NCBI GenBank assembly: GCA_039096225.1
Contig: JBBPEB010000013.1
Span: forward strand, 930,001 to 994,000
Direction of reading: 5' to 3'
Origin: Blastocystis sp. Blastoise
Lineage: Eukaryota > Protista > Bigyra: Opalinata
Length of the DNA stretch: 64,000 nucleotides
In this document: piece after piece, positions 1 through 15,757 of the stretch
Position numbering within the stretch: position 1 is the first letter of the stretch
How the letters are laid out: each line of letters starts with the position of its first letter
The notes under the pieces: generated by a model
What the model saw: only the letters and a program-made list of their open reading frames with translations
What the model was told of the DNA's origin: nothing
The model's database searches: none
Program-made: the position numbers and the translations under genes

Positions 1-229
1 ATATATATATATATATTTATATATATTTATAAATAAATAAAAAAATATTAAAATATATATAAAAAAAAACATAAATAAGTAGTATATAAATTAATGAAAT
101 AATTAGTATAAATAAGAAATAAAAATGGGAAAATCTTTTTATTAATAAAAATAAATATTATATTAATAAGTATAACAGATAGAAATAATTAAAATATGAA
201 GAGAAGTATGTATATATATATATATATAT

Positions 230-1117
230 ATATAGATATAAAAGATAATGAAAAATAAGAATTGAATATAGAAAAAAATTGAAGACAAGAATAAGGAGAA
301 TAAGGGAAAATAAATAAAGAAGAAGAAAAATATTAATTAAATGAGAAGAAGAAGGAATTGATTAGAAGGATAAAGAGCGAAAAGAATTTATATGTATAAA
401 GAAGAATTAGAGGAAGAGGAAGTACATATAGATAATAAGATAAGAAGATAAAAAAAAAAGAAAGATGGAGACTAGAAAGTCAAGTATAAGAGATAAAGAA
501 GAAAGAATGTAGAGAAGAGTTAGAAGAACTATAAAGGAAAATCTATTAGAAAAGAAATAAAAATATGAGGAGAATACACATAAGAAGAACAAGTGAAGAT
601 GTAGGAAAAGCAAATAAGACTATAATGTATATGGAAAAGATAATGAAAGTGAAAAACATTAAATATAAATGATATTCTGTATAATAAATATTGAAAATAA
701 TGAGATATAGAAAAATAGATGAAATGGAATGAAATGAGAATAATATAAAGAGGAAAGAATTATAAGATATAAAAAGAAGATGCTGAAGAAGAAGGAGAGG
801 AATGATATACAGAAGATATAGAAAGATAAGAAGCGAAAAATATAGAAAAAGTGGAAAAAGGATAAAAAGAAAGAGATATAGAGAAGGAGATTGAGAAGGA
901 AAAACAGGAGATAAAGGATATATAGGAGAATAGAAAGAGAAGAAGGATAAATAGAAGAAGAAGACAGAGGAGGAGAAGAAGCATTAAATGAAGAAGAAGA
1001 AGGATTAAATGAAGAACAAGAAGAAAGATGAATAGAAGAAGAAGAAGATGATGATGAATAGAAGAAGAAGAAGAAATATGAATAGGAGAAGAAGAAGAAG
1101 AAGAAGAAGAAGAAGAA

Positions 1118-1150
<33 letters not shown>

Positions 1151-1323
1151 TAGAAGAAGAAGGAGAAGGAGACAGAGGAGGAGAAGAAGATGAATAGAAG
1201 AAGAAGAAGAAGAAGGAGAAGGAGAAGTAGAAGAAGAAGAAGAAGAAGAAGAAGAAGAAGAAGAAGAAGAAGAAGAAGAAGAAGAAGGAGAAGAAGAAGA
1301 AGAAGAAGAAGAAGAAGAAGAAG

Positions 1324-1355
<32 letters not shown>

Positions 1356-2600
1356 GAAGAAGAAGAAGAAGAAGAAGAAGAAGAAGAAGAAGAAGAAGAA
1401 GAAGAAGAAGAAGAAGAAGAAGAAGAAGAAGGAGAAGGAGAAAAAGATGAATAGAAGAAGAAGAAGGATATCAATGAAGAGAAGGAGATTGAGAAGGAGA
1501 ACAAGGAAAAGAACGAAAAGAAAAAAAAAGAATATATCGAAAAAGAAGAATATATATATAAAGAAGAAGAAGAAGGAGAATAATTATATATAGACGAAGA
1601 ATAAGATAAACAGAAGATATAGAAAAGAAGGAGAAGGAAGAGAAAAGAAGAAGTACCATAGAAAAATATGTTGGAAAATAATGATAAATAGAAGATATAG
1701 AAGAAGAAGTAGAAGCAGAAAATATAGAAGAAAGATATATAGACAAGGATAGAGAAGAATAAGTAGAATATATATATATAGAAGAAGAAAAAAGGTGAAG
1801 AAGAATAAATAGAAGACATAGACGAAGAATAAGAAGATAAAGGAGGTACATAAGATATAGGAGGAGAATAATATGGAGAAAATGTAGAATAAGAATAATG
1901 ATAAATAGAAGAGGAAATGTAGATGAAGGAGATAGAAAGAAAAAGAATATACAGAGAAGAATGTATAGAAAGAGAAGAAGAAGAGAAGAAGAAAAATAAG
2001 ATCAAATAGAAGAAGAAGAAACAGAAGGAGAGAGAAAGAAGGTGATTCAGAATTAAAATAAATAGAAGAAGGATAAATAGATGAAAAAGAACGAAAAAGG
2101 AATGAACAAGGAGACAAAAAATAAGGATATATAGAAGAAGAAGGAAAATAGAAACAATGTGTAGATGAGAATCAAAAGGAATAAAGAATAAGGAAAGTAT
2201 AATTGGAAGAAGATGAGAAAAAGAAGTAATAATATAGAAGGAAATAAAGAAGAAGAGTAGGAAAAGGAAGAGTTGAAGGAAATGAAAAAGAAGACGATCA
2301 TGATAAAGAGATTGAAATGAAGAGAGTATGTAATGATAGGAGAAGAAGAACCAGTAATAATTAATGGAGGAAAGAAGAAAGTGAAGGAAAAACTAGAATA
2401 TAGAATAGAAGAACATGAAATAAAACATACTATAAAGTAATATTAAGAAAAACAATAACTGTTCTATATAACATAAGAGTATAAGAATAAAAATGAGTAA
2501 AAACTAGAGAGTAGATGAATGGAAGAGAGAAGAGGAGAACAAGGCCAATTCAGGACAAGAGGAGAAAATAAGAATGAAGAAAAACAAATATATAAAAGTT
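230..2600 (+). repeat. Purine-rich low-complexity tract with a (GAA)n core
   Basis: Near-pure GAA run at ~1195-1440 inside degenerate GAA/GAT/TAG sequence. The long ORFs here (mostly minus strand) are artefacts of this composition. Confidence 0.9.
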
Positions 2601-2603
2601 TTG

Positions 2604-2641
<38 letters not shown>

Positions 2642-4313
2642 AAAAAGAATAAAAAATATAAATAAGTCTATAAATATATTGAATTAAACTAATAATAAAG
2701 AAAAATAAAAGTAATTCTTAATAATAAAGAAAATAATAATATATAAGCAAAATAAAAAAAAAAGTCAATTATATATATATATATACATAAATAAGAAAAG
2801 CCAAGAAGTTAGTGACAAGAAGAACAAGAACTAGGCTTAATAACTATATAATAACCTATATAAATATCTATATAATATTATAATTATAATTATAAAGAAA
2901 ACAAATGCAGAAAATATATACATCTAGAATCTGAATATGACTAATACAAATTAACTCTAATTATAAGCATTTGAGTTGCATAGGTAGTGATTAAGTGAAG
3001 AGATCCATGCTTCTCTGCAATTTAAGACCAATCTGTTTATCCAATTAAGTAATTTTTTTTTTTAAAGTATTGAACCACGCTCAGTTAATATAACCCACCA
3101 ATTGCTACTCAGTGAGAAAGCCTAAAGAAATAACTTTGTATGGTGACGTCACATCATCCAATTTAAACAACAATACAATAGCAGACCATCTAGCTCAACC
3201 ACTTTACACCACTCAGACAAGCTCACCATAGAGAAAGAGAACATAGCACAACAGATCAATCTGCCAATGGAGACTGGAAGGTACTCTACTATACTCCTAG
3301 GGCCTATATATAGATAAATATATACTTAAAACATACAAAAACGAAATTAATCATATTTTTTATATGATTATTGAAACTTCACTATAAATTAACTTATTAA
3401 ATTTTATTGAAATCTTAATATTTCTACTTTTTATTTTTTATTATTTTATTTAAATACTTTAAACCGTTATTCTTACTCCTGATGTCTTCTTGTTGTTGAT
3501 GGAGTATGTATTTATGTAAATAAAATTAGTAAATTGATTAATTATTTATAGAGTGTTGAATAAAATAAAATTAATGGTTACGGTCATGAGGAAATAGTTA
3601 GACTTGATGAAGACAACAAAAATTAGTCGATTATGTGATAGTCACTAGATTGCCTAAATGTGTAGAACTGTCAGAAAAGGTGAGTTTGTGTGTGTTTGAA
3701 TTTAAATTCAACATTAATTTAAATACATATTTCACTAATCAATTCAATTTTAGAGAAGTTACAAACACAATTGATTTTTCTTGGTGATATGTTGAGTTAG
3801 AATGTCGTTATTTTAATTTTCTATTAGTAATTTGAATTTAATTATGACCTATATAAACTAAAGTTAATTATAATAGTTTTCTAGGTAATGTAGATTTGTC
3901 AAGGTTCTTTAAAAGTTTCAAGAGTGGTTTATAAATGTTAGAATAGATTATTTGTGTCAATCATGTTAATATAAACAGTAGAAATGCTTTTTAAGAGTAT
4001 AGACAAAGAATGCATTGCGTGTTTATAGACTTCAAGGTGTTATTGATGAATATTTATTTTTTATTTGTGTGTAGAATTGATCAATAGGATATATAGCAAA
4101 ACAAAATAATGAATGTGGTATTCTAAGTGAATGTAATTGTGAATGTGTTGTGTGTTGAATATAGTAAACTAAAAACATTATAGAAAAGCGACTAGCAATG
4201 TATAGAGTTTATTCAATTACATGAAACTCAATATACCCTTTCATACTGGTTCTAATGAATGAGAATATCTATAGAGAAAAATATTTAAATTTTTTTATAA
4301 AAAATATAATATA

Positions 4314-4385
4314 TGACCCTAGATCAGGAATTGAACCTGATAACAATCTATTAATGATTGCTACTAACCATATTCAGTCTAAGGA
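4314..4385 (-). ncRNA. Non-canonical tRNA-like cloverleaf, copy 1
   Basis: Minus strand reads TCCTTAG-A-CTGA atatgg TTAG-TA-GCAATC attaata GATTGT-T-ATCAGG ttcaatt CCTGAT-CTAGGGT. It has four stems and a GGTTCAATTCC T-arm/B-box. Confidence 0.6.
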
Positions 4386-4587
4386 ATATTAATTATTTGA
4401 ATATAACCATGTATATATGTTTAACAGACAAAAACCCAAAATATAATTATATATATATATAAATATATACTCTATTACGCCTATTTATACTAACTTATAT
4501 AATGAAAACCTTATAATAAGATTTATATCAATAAGTGATAAACATAATGTAATAGAGATATAAAAAGAGAATATAAAGTAATAAAGA

Positions 4588-4625
<38 letters not shown>

Positions 4626-7600
4626 ATGAGAGACCAGCTAAAGATACATTCTATAAATAGTTAGAGAATAAAGAAAATGAATAATAATATATAAATAAAT
4701 TTGGTTAAAATATTAATAAAATATTACATAATAAGTTATAAAAAACTAATAATAGTATAAATATGTATATACCAAAAAGGTTGTATCATCATTAATTATA
4801 GTAGTTTCTATTAGGAGCTTGGATTCTAAAATAGATATAATAGCATATAGATGAATGACATATTTATAGAAAGAAATATAGATATATATTATAAAAGAAG
4901 TAATAAGCAGAGTAGAAAGTTATGTATTTATATTTACAGTATAATTAAAAAAAAATAACAAAAAGAAAAAAACATATCTAAATATAATATAAGAACATAA
5001 TACTTATAAGAATAAAAACAATTAATATATATATATATATATATATATATTCTTACCTGGACAATATCTTAATTTTATTAGCAATATATATATAATAATA
5101 ATAGAAAATAGTAAATACATATATATATATATATAAAGTTGGAAAACATATAGTAAATTATTAGATATATTTATATATAAGAGAAGTAGACTTAATATAT
5201 ATTACGAAAAATAAATTGCTCACATCAATAATGTTATATATATATATATATATATATACATAATAACTATATGTATATAATCTTTATTTCAAAATAAATA
5301 CAAAACGATATATAAATAAACGACAATTAATATACATATATACCACAATACATATACTAACATAATTGAATAAAACATACATAAAGAAGCGCTATGACTA
5401 TTACTATATGTATGTATAATAAACTATATGGTAAATGGTATTTAAAAAAGATAATAAATAATAAAGTTGTAGAAAGATAAATGATATAAAAGAGTTAAAT
5501 AGAAGAATAATTGATATAAAATATTAAATACACAAAATATTATCTTTTATATTAATAAAAAAATACATAATATATATAGAATAAGATGATATATATAATA
5601 ATATATACATAATCAGAATTAAAGGAATATATTTATATAAATTCATAAGAAACATGAAAGGATGACTTACATATAACTATTAAACTATACATAATATATT
5701 ATAATATGAATACATATAAAATACTATATATAAGTCTATATATGTTTATATATATATACTTTGAATATTAATATCAATGATATCTATATATATATATGTA
5801 TATATATAGATATAAAATAATTACATATATATATATATATTAAGTATAACAAACATGTAAAAATTAATGCATAATATATATATATAATGAATACAAAATA
5901 ATTCTATAATATCATATATAAATATATATATTTGTTCACTAAAGCAACGTTTGAATATGAAATAAAACAACTATATATACATATGTAAGCAAATAGACAT
6001 ATTATGGTAATAATATAATAAAAATAAATAATACATAATAATAATTTATATATATATATCTCTAAGTATATATATATATATAACTTATAAAACTAAATAA
6101 AACTAAATAAATAAACACATATAATGTGATAGTTATTAAATATATTTATACATATAGAATGAATATATAATAAATATTAATAATAATAATAATAATAATA
6201 ACATGAATAAGAAATAAAAAGTATAAATAATCTAAATAATGATAATTAGTAAAACGTATCTATTTGTATAAACTACATACTTTATAGATTAAAAATGAAA
6301 GAAGAATGAAGTATATAACTCAAAATGGAATATAATATATAATATAATATATAATATAATATATATATATACTAAAAAATAATCTTGAATATAACAATAA
6401 CTATTCACTATATAAAAAATGACATATAGCTAATAATAGAAATATAATATATATATAATCATTGTTTAAAAATAAAATAAAAGATAATAAACAACATAAT
6501 ACTAATAAGAGATAAAGAATAATAGAAAAGTAATATAACATATATATATATTTACATAAAAAGAATATGTATTATGTAGTAATATCGATTATAGAAAGCA
6601 AACCATTCAATGGCAGTAATAATTCTATATATATATATAAGTTTAAGAATAAAAAACAATAGATTATAAAAAGAAAAAGAAAATGTATAACATAATATTA
6701 TATTATATACAAAATATTCTAGACAAATTATTAAAATATAAATTAATAAATAGGAATATATATTTATATATACATTGTGTGATTGCTAATAAGATAATAC
6801 TTAAATATTATAATAAATAATGTAATCTATATACATATGTTATTAATATAAATATATATATATATACATATATAAACAAGAATATATGTAGATATATATA
6901 CTATATGTATATAATGAGTTGATTTTCCAAGTGATCATTAATACGTCTATATATGATAATATATAATAAATAATATTATATATATATAATGAATAAAAGG
7001 AATAAAAATGATAAATAAATAATATATATATATATATATATATATCAGAATCAACTATTGATGATGATGTTTAAGTTCTAATAAATATATATACTTTTAA
7101 CTGAATATATATTAAAATAATCTTGACATAATCATTGTTTTGTTTCTGTTATACCTATAAAAGATATGATAATTATTATATATATATATACCTTCAATAA
7201 TTCAATGATACTATGAATTTGAAAGATAATAAAACTTCAAACAACTGATCATTCACCATTTCTATATAATAATATGAGGTATATTGATAATAATAAAAAT
7301 ATATACTTGTAAGATCATGAGAGAAGTCATTAAAATAATAAAAAGACCTAGGTAACATTCTTCTCAGTAAATGCAATTCATTTAATTTTTTCTTTCAAAT
7401 TCTTCACTATATAATAATTAAATATAGAAACAAAATATAAAACAATATACTACTAGAGCATACTAAAACCAAAATTGCCAATCAAGAAATTATGACAAAT
7501 ATAGTTTCTTCCAATATTGAATAGCGAACGTCATCAGGCTCCCTAGATTATGTTTCTAAGCCTATATACATAATATTATTCAAATAAACATATACCTGAA

Positions 7601-8639
7601 AGAATGAATCACCAATTGGCTTATTATTTGGATTTATTTCATTCCTAATCTATAATAATATGCATATAAAATATAATATAATTATAAAATATAAAATAAC
7701 CTTCTAAATAATTAAATAATCCATATAATAATATTTAAAAAATATACTCTTCCACAACAGTTCATTTAAGCCGATGCTGAATAAGACTTTCATGGATTGA
7801 AGTGATTCTAAAAAACTTTAAGAATAGGGAACATATCAAAAAAGACTTTTTATCCCAAACTTTGAATCTCTAGAAATTATTTTTAAAACTTGTTCACTGA
7901 ATCACAAAACAGTTTTTATCAAAGAGGTTGCTTCCGCTATTTAGACTGATTTATCCCTGTTTCCATCCTCAGAATGATTATTTCTTGAGATTCAAATATT
8001 GATTTATTTCATATATTGTCATTATAAACATATAAAATGAATCTACGTATGTTTTCTAGTCATAAATATATATATTATATAGTTTACTCTCTTCAAATAT
8101 TTTGTTTTATATAGTAATCAGTTGATCAATTGGTTGCGTATTGTTTAGATATTCAGAAAAAGCTATATCTAGTTTCAAATCAACTCTAAAGGTCTTGGTG
8201 AACAATAAAGATGAATCTAAGGTATATAATTATTTTACATTTTTCTCATTTTGTTTATTCTTTGTTATATCTGTTTTATTTCTATATTATCAATACATTC
8301 ATATTATTTCTATAACATATTTATTTCATTTTCATTTATATATTTTTTTTTACAATTGAATTGCTTTCTATTTTTCTATCTTGTTTATCTTTTAATATAT
8401 ATACTCTATTTAATTTTATTAATTTATTCTACTTATTTATTTATAGAATCTTAGCGTATTCAAGTACAACCTGGGAATCAGATTGCAATGATTCAAGTCT
8501 TCATTAAGGTATATATGTATTTAATAATATATTTAGTTTGTTTTAACTGACTATTAATAATATATTTGTTATTTTTTTCTTTATAATAATAATAATTATT
8601 CCATTTTTATAATATTATATATTCTTTAGTTTTATTGGT

Positions 8640-11600
8640 ATTAATTCTTCATTCTTCATTCTTAATTCTTCATTCTTCATTCTTCATTCTTCATTCTTCA
8701 TTCTTAATCTTAATTCTTCATTCTTTATTGTTAATTCTTCATTCTTAATTCTACTGTACATCTTACTCTAGTTTTTCTTCTTTTATGTATAGATATAAAC
8801 TTTTCTTTTCTTTACTATTACCTCTTCACAAATTCTACTATTACTTCTTCGTCCTTCTCATTATACTTCTTATCCCTATCCTTTTCATTATTCTTCATTT
8901 TTCTTATCCTTTCATGATTCTTCTTTTTCTTCTTACTTTACTTCTTCTTATGCTTCTTTCACCTTTACATTTTATTTTACATTTCATTATACTTCTTCTC
9001 TACTATACTTCCTTTCCACTTCTCCTTTTCATTATAGATTTACTTCTTGTTCTCATTATTATTGTTGTTTCTTCTTTTATTATCCTTCTACATCTTCTTA
9101 TTCTTATTGTTTTTTCTTCTTCTTTTCTTTTTTCCCTCGTTATCATTTCCATTCCATTTTGTTCCTTTTTTTCCTTATTCTCCTTGCAATTCTTCTCCTT
9201 TAGCTTCTTCCTTCTTTCCTTCTTTCCTTCATTCTTCTATTCCTACTTGTACTTCTACTCATATTTTTTCTACTACTACTTACTCTTTTATTTTTTCTTC
9301 TATTTCTACAGCTACACTACTAATAATAATACTTCTTATTATTCTACTTATATTTCTGCTTATATTTCTACTTGTAGTTCTGCTTTTACTCCTACTCCTA
9401 CTCGTGCTTTTGCTTCTACTACTTCTTATTCTTCTCATTCTTCTTGTACTTATTCTTCTCCTTGCTATTATCTTTCTCTTTCTCTTTCATCTTCTTCTTT
9501 TTTTCTATATTCAATTTCTCATTCTTCTTCTTCTTTTTCACTTTTTCTTATTCTTATTCTTATTTTTATTCTTCTTCTCATTCTTCTTCTTCTAATGATT
9601 CTCATTTTCTTATTCCTAATACTTCTATTTATACTTCTGTTTCTACTACTATACTTTTATTTATTTATTTTTCTCCTTCTACGTCTACTTTTTTGTCTTC
9701 ATCTCTATCTCCTTTTCTATATTCTCCTTCTATTTATACTTTTACTTTTCTTTATCCTTCTTCTTCTTCTTGCTCTTGCTCTTCTTGGCATTCCTTCCTC
9801 TCCTTCTTATCCTTCTTCTTGTTCTTGCTCTTGTTCTTCTTGACATTCCTTTCTCTTTTTCTTATTCTTCTTCTTGTTCTTCTTCTTGTTCTTCTTCTTC
9901 TTGGCATTCCTTCCTCTCCTTCTTATCCTTCTTGTTCTTCTTCTTGGCATTCCTTCCTCTCCTTCTTCTTGTCCTTCTTCTTGTCCTTCTTCTTATCCTT
10001 CTTCTTGTCCTTCTCCTTCGTCTGTTTCTTTTCTTTCTCTTTATTCTCTTTCTTCTCTTTATTCTCTTTCTTCTCCTCATCCTCTTTGTCCTTCTTATCC
10101 TTCTTCTTATAATTTTTCTTCTTCTCCTCTTTTTTTCCTTCTTGTCCTTCTCTTTCTCTTTCCTCTTTTAAAACCTACTTTTCTTTTTCCTTCTTATCCT
10201 TCTTCCTATAATTTTTCTTCTTCTTCTCCTCTTTCTTATCTTTCTTATCTTTCTTATCTTTCCTATTATCCTTCTTATTTATACTTTGCTCCTCTCCTTC
10301 TCCCTCTTTTTATTCTCTTCCTGCTCCATATATTCTTCTCTGTCTTCTTCTTCTTCTTCTTCTTCTTCTTCTTCTTCTTCTTCTTCTTCTCATTCTTCTT
10401 ATCATTTTCTTTCTATTTCTGTTTCTTCTTCGCTTTATAATTTCACTTTTCCTTCTTCTTCTTCTCTTTTTTTTTCCTTCATTTTTTCTCGTTCTTCTCT
10501 TTCCTCTCCTCATTCTCTTAGTCATTCTTATCTTCTTATCCTTCTCCTTCTTCTTCTCTTTCTTCTCTTTCTCTTTCCTATTCTCCTTCTTATTCATATG
10601 TTGCTCCTCTCCTTCTATTCTCTTTTGAGTCTCTTCTTTTTCCACTTTTATTCTCATATTTCTTCTTCTATACCCACATATTATCCCTTCTCCGTCTTCT
10701 TTTTCTTATATTATCCTTATACTTCTACTTCTACTTCTAATCATTCTCATTCTACTTATTCTTATCTTCTACTGATGTTTTTCTTATTATGTTTATTCTT
10801 GGTTTATTTTTATTTTCTTCTTCTTCTTCTTTTTCTTGTCCATTATCTTGTCCTGCTCCTTCTCCTTCTACTTCTTCTTCTTCTTATTATTATTATTATT
10901 CTTCTTATTCTTCTTATTTTACTTCTTCTTCTTGTCCTTGTCCTTGCCATTGTCATTGTCATTGTCATTGTCCTTCTACTTCTCTTTCTTCTTCTTCCTC
11001 TTGCTCTTCTTCTTGCCCTTCATCTTGTCCTTCGTCTTCTTCTTATCCTTGTCTTTCTTTTTGTCCTTGTCCTTGTCATTCTTCTTCTTGTCCTTGTCCT
11101 TATCCTTCTTATTCTTGTCCTAATCCTTCTCTTCTTATCCTTCTTATTTTTATTCTTATTCTTGTCCTTCTCCTTGTCATTCTTCTTCTTCTTGTCTTTG
11201 TCCTTGTCCTTGTCATTCTTATTCTTGTCCTTATACTTCTACTTCTACTTCTACTTCTACTTCTTCCTTTTGTTCTCCTTCTCCTTCTCCTTCTTCTTAT
11301 TATTATTATCCTTCTCCTTCTTCTTCTTCTCCTTTTCATTCTCCTTGTCTTTGTCATTCTCCTTCTCCTTCTCCTTCTTCTTCTTATTATTATCCTTCTC
11401 CTTCTTCTCCTTCTCCTTTTCATTCTCCTTGTCTTTGTCATTCTCCTTCTACTTATCCTCCTTTTCCTTTTCTTTTTCTTTTTCCTTCTCCTTCTCCTTC
11501 TCCTTCTCCTTCTCTTTCTCTTTCTCTTTCTTTTTTTCTTTCTCATTCTCCGTTTCCTTATTATTCTTGTCATTCTCCTTCTCCTTCTCCTTCTCCTTCT

Positions 11601-12720
11601 CCTTTTCATTCTCCTTCTCCTTCTTATTCTTGTCATTCTCCTTCTCATTCTCCTTCTTATTCTCCTTCTCCTTTTCCTTTTCTTTTTCTTTTTCCTTCTC
11701 CTTCTCCTTCTCCTTCTCCTCCCTCTTCTACTTCTCCTTCTTCTCCCTCTTCTACTTCTACTTCTACTTCTCTTTCTCTTTGCTATTCTTCTCTTCTCTT
11801 TCCTTTTTCCATTCGTCTTTTTCTTGTTCTTTCTTCCTTCTCCTCCTTCTCTTTGTCATTCTTTTCCTCTTCCCCTTCTTATCCTTCTCCTTCCTATTCT
11901 CCTTCTTATTCATATTTTGTTCCTCTCCTTCTATTCTCTTTTTCCTTCTTGTCTTCTTCTTATAATTTTTCTTCTTCTCTTTCTTTTTTCCCTCCTTCAC
12001 TTTGCCATTCTTATTCTCTTATTATCCTTCTCCTTCCTATTATCTTTTTATTCTCTTCTTCTTCCACTTTTATTCTCATTTTCTTCTTCTACATCCACAT
12101 ATTTTCCCTTCTCCGTCTGCTTTTTCTTATATTATCCTTATACTTCTACTTCTAATCATTCTCATTCTACTTATTCCTACCTTCTACTGATGTTTTTCTT
12201 ATTATGCTTATTCTTGGTTTATTCTTTTTTTCTTCTCTTTCTTCTTTTTCTTCTTCTTCTCGTGCTTATCTTTCTCTTTCATGTTCTTATCCTTATATTT
12301 CTCCTTCTCCTTGTTCTTCTTCTTCTCCTTCTTCTTCTCCTGTCTTTCTTCTTTTTGTCCTTGTCCTTGTCCTTATCCTTTTTATTCTTATTCTTGCCAT
12401 TTTCATTGTCCTTGTCCTTGTCCTTGTCCTTGTCCTTCTTCTTGTCCTTCTTCTTGTCCTTATCCTTCTCCCTCATCTTATTCTTATTCTTCTTCTTCTT
12501 GTCCTTCTCACTCGTCTTATTCTTATTCTTCTTCTTCGCCTTATCATTGTCCTTCTCCCTCATCTTATTCTTGTCCTTGTCCTTGTCCTTGTCCTTGTTC
12601 TTCTATATCTCCTTGTCCTTCTACTTCTACTTTTTCTCTTTCTCATTTTACTTCTGCTGCCACTTTTTTATCAACTTCTATTATCATTCTTCATCTTCGT
12701 ATATTACTACCACTTCTTAT
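8640..12720 (+). repeat. Pyrimidine-rich low-complexity tract (CTT/TTCTCC/CTTGTC) with internal segmental duplications
   Basis: Degenerate CTT-based microsatellites. The block at ~10650-10800 recurs at ~12070-12220. Confidence 0.9.
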
Positions 12721-15609
12721 TATAAATTTCCTATTCCTATTATTCTAAGAATCGTTTTCTTCATTCAATTGAAGTTGAATTCTCATTTTTTAAAACGCTA
12801 TACACAATATTTGATATATAGAATTATATATATATTGATATATAAAACAATAAATAGAATTGTGTATATATGTTACTTTTATTAGTATGAAGAATAACAT
12901 ATATAGAAAAATATATATTATATATATATTGAACATATATATATACTTAATCGGATATATTAGAATTCTATATATAGATATAAATAAGCATATGTATAGA
13001 ATGCTATATATATATATATATATATAGAATTGTATATGTATGTAGAATAGATATACATATGTATTGAATAGTATACATGTATACATATATATATAAATTT
13101 ATATATATTAAATATTGTGTATAAAATAGAAAATCTAATATATTAATATATTTATGTAGAATCATGTAATACATATATATATATTCTTGATTAAAAATAT
13201 TAATAGTTCATATGATATGTCTAATTTGTTTTCTTTTATTCTTTCTTTTAGCACTATATATTGTTTAGTATTATCTTTTAAATCATTTAATTTATTTTTA
13301 ACACTTTTTTTAACAACTTATAATCTATTTTTTGCTTTTTGTTTCATTTGATATATAATATATACAAACGATTGCATTTCTATAAATATGTTAATATAAG
13401 AATATAATTTATTTATTTAAGTTTGCTCAGAAGAGTCGTGACAACAATATCTTTTGACTACCCATCCAGAAACATCATCACCTTGGAAATGGAACATAAA
13501 CGGGTAATTTGAAATGAAACATCTGTAAACAAGTCTTCTTTTTGGGTTTTTTGTTTTTTTATTCGATACCCTAGCTTTTACATTTATAGTAAAACTACAT
13601 TCTCTAGTTGAAACTTTTTACATACATAATTTTGACTCCATATATTTTTACAGTCTCAAATTTTGTGATTTATTCACTATGTTTAAACTTATGATAGTTC
13701 ACCTTAATCAAACAAAAACATATTTCCACTTCTTGTTGTGGCTGAACTGAATCAGTTACCAAATTATAACATAAAAATAATTAACATGAATTTAATATTG
13801 ATTTACAGATATCTTTGTTGTTAAATATGCAGTAATTAAAGCTTTAATTGTCTAAATATGTCAAAATTAAAATAAAGTATATTTTTGTGATTCTGGACAA
13901 CAAATTTCATTTTTATAGTGATTAATAAATGAAAAATCATGAAAAATTACATTGTAGTTTTTAAAAGCTTTATTCGAGAGCAATACAATATATTATTACA
14001 CTATAAATGACACTAATCAATCGATATAAGTGCCTGAAGTATTTATACTATCCTTAATTTAAAAATTTGACATAATTATATTTAATTTCACTGGTAGGCA
14101 TTTTCACGGATATCAAAAAAGCGACAAATGAGAAAAAGTAAACAAAAAATTTTAAGACACTTTTCAGTCATAGCGAATAGAGTGGCCAAAAAATAGACTA
14201 ATTTTGTCGGGTATGTTGTTTGTTTTCATTCGTTCAGAATTCTTTTAGAAACGTCATTTTTTATTTATTTATCGTTGTGTGAATGATAATAAAAATATAT
14301 ATAACAAAAGACAATAGATAATAATAAAAAAATAATAACAATAATAAAGATAATAAAATAATAATTATTTATAATATTTTTGAGTAATTTGATATCATTT
14401 TGGATCACTATATATACATAAATGATAGAAATGATAATAATATAGATAACATATAAATATATACCTTTATGTATCACTTGTAGAATACCCCTTGAAGAAA
14501 AACCACAACTATAAAAATATAATTTATAAAAATAAATATATTATAATAATATACCTTCAACCACCAAACAGACTAGACCAAGAGAAACCTCATGAAGGAC
14601 CTAGAACCTATATAAAAATAAAAGTAGTTAATTTTAAAAAAATAAAATATAATAAAATACCTTCAAAACCAGGGAGTTGTTAACCAAGGAGACCGACAAC
14701 AACACCTGAACCTATAGAAGATGATAATAATAATAACAAAGAGAATGCTAAAAATATATACCTTTAATAGCACAAGATTTCTAGTTACATAGACCCCACA
14801 ACTCATTGTTTAACTTTAAAGAAGAAGACCAATTAGGACCTATTTGAATCTATTTGGATAGACCATGAAGACTATAAAGTTTAAGGCAAATAAAAAATAT
14901 TATATACATCTTATAATATATAAAAAATATCTGAAAAATAAATAAAAATAAAAATAAATATGTGAAAATATTAAATCTTAAAAATAAAGAGAAATTCCCC
15001 CTTATAAAATCTTTTTTTCTATAATAAAAGTTTGTGTAAATTCGTTGTTTCCAGGGGTTAAAACATTTTAAAAATTTCCCTTTTTCTCTTTTATAAAGTC
15101 TATTTGAATTTTTAATTGATATATAAATGTTATATGTGTACATTAAGCTTAATTATTTAATTATAACAGATTTCCGGACTTAATTAAACAAGAAAATTGT
15201 TATTTTAATAAACTATAATTACAATTAAATATATTTGTTAGCTATTTTTATATAATACTATTCTATTTATAATAAGAATGCAATAGAGAATCAAAAAATA
15301 TATTTAGTATAGCTATTTATGAAGATACAATTTACAATTGGCAACTTTTGTTTTATAATATGTTTTAGTTCAACGAATCATATATTATTATTAGTGAATA
15401 AATAAACTGAGAATGTCTGAGAGGTTTGTAAGTGGTTTTAGACATTATAAAGAATATCATAAAATATAAATAGAAACTGTATTTATGTTAAACTCCTTTT
15501 TATGTTATTCCAAAAGAATTCTTTTAAAATATTTTTATTCTCAAATACTACAAAACAAAATGTATATAAAAAATAAATATAACACAATAAAAAATAGATA
15601 AAATAGATA

Positions 15610-15716
15610 TTAGATAATATATATAAATATAAGTAACATATCATTATAATACATATAATATGTATATGTAAGGAACTTCTTTCTATCCTATATATATATA
15701 TGACTATAAAACTATG

Positions 15717-15757
<41 letters not shown>

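Noticed and set aside
700-2440. Stop-codon reassignment making the GAA tract an acidic protein
   Set aside because: Host and viral genes end in TAA/TAG with no in-frame stops in conserved domains, and the tract shifts frame repeatedly.
407-12885. Long F/L/S/Y-rich and poly-R ORFs (up to 698 aa)
   Set aside because: They arise because pyrimidine-rich or pure-GAA strands cannot form stop codons; several overlapping frames are open at once.
2960-14880. Exon-like scraps at ~3.0-3.3, 7.1-8.5, 13.4-13.5 and 14.5-14.9 kb (faintly ubiquitin-like at 8.46 and 13.46 kb)
   Set aside because: In-frame stops and too short to assign by eye; possibly decayed genes.
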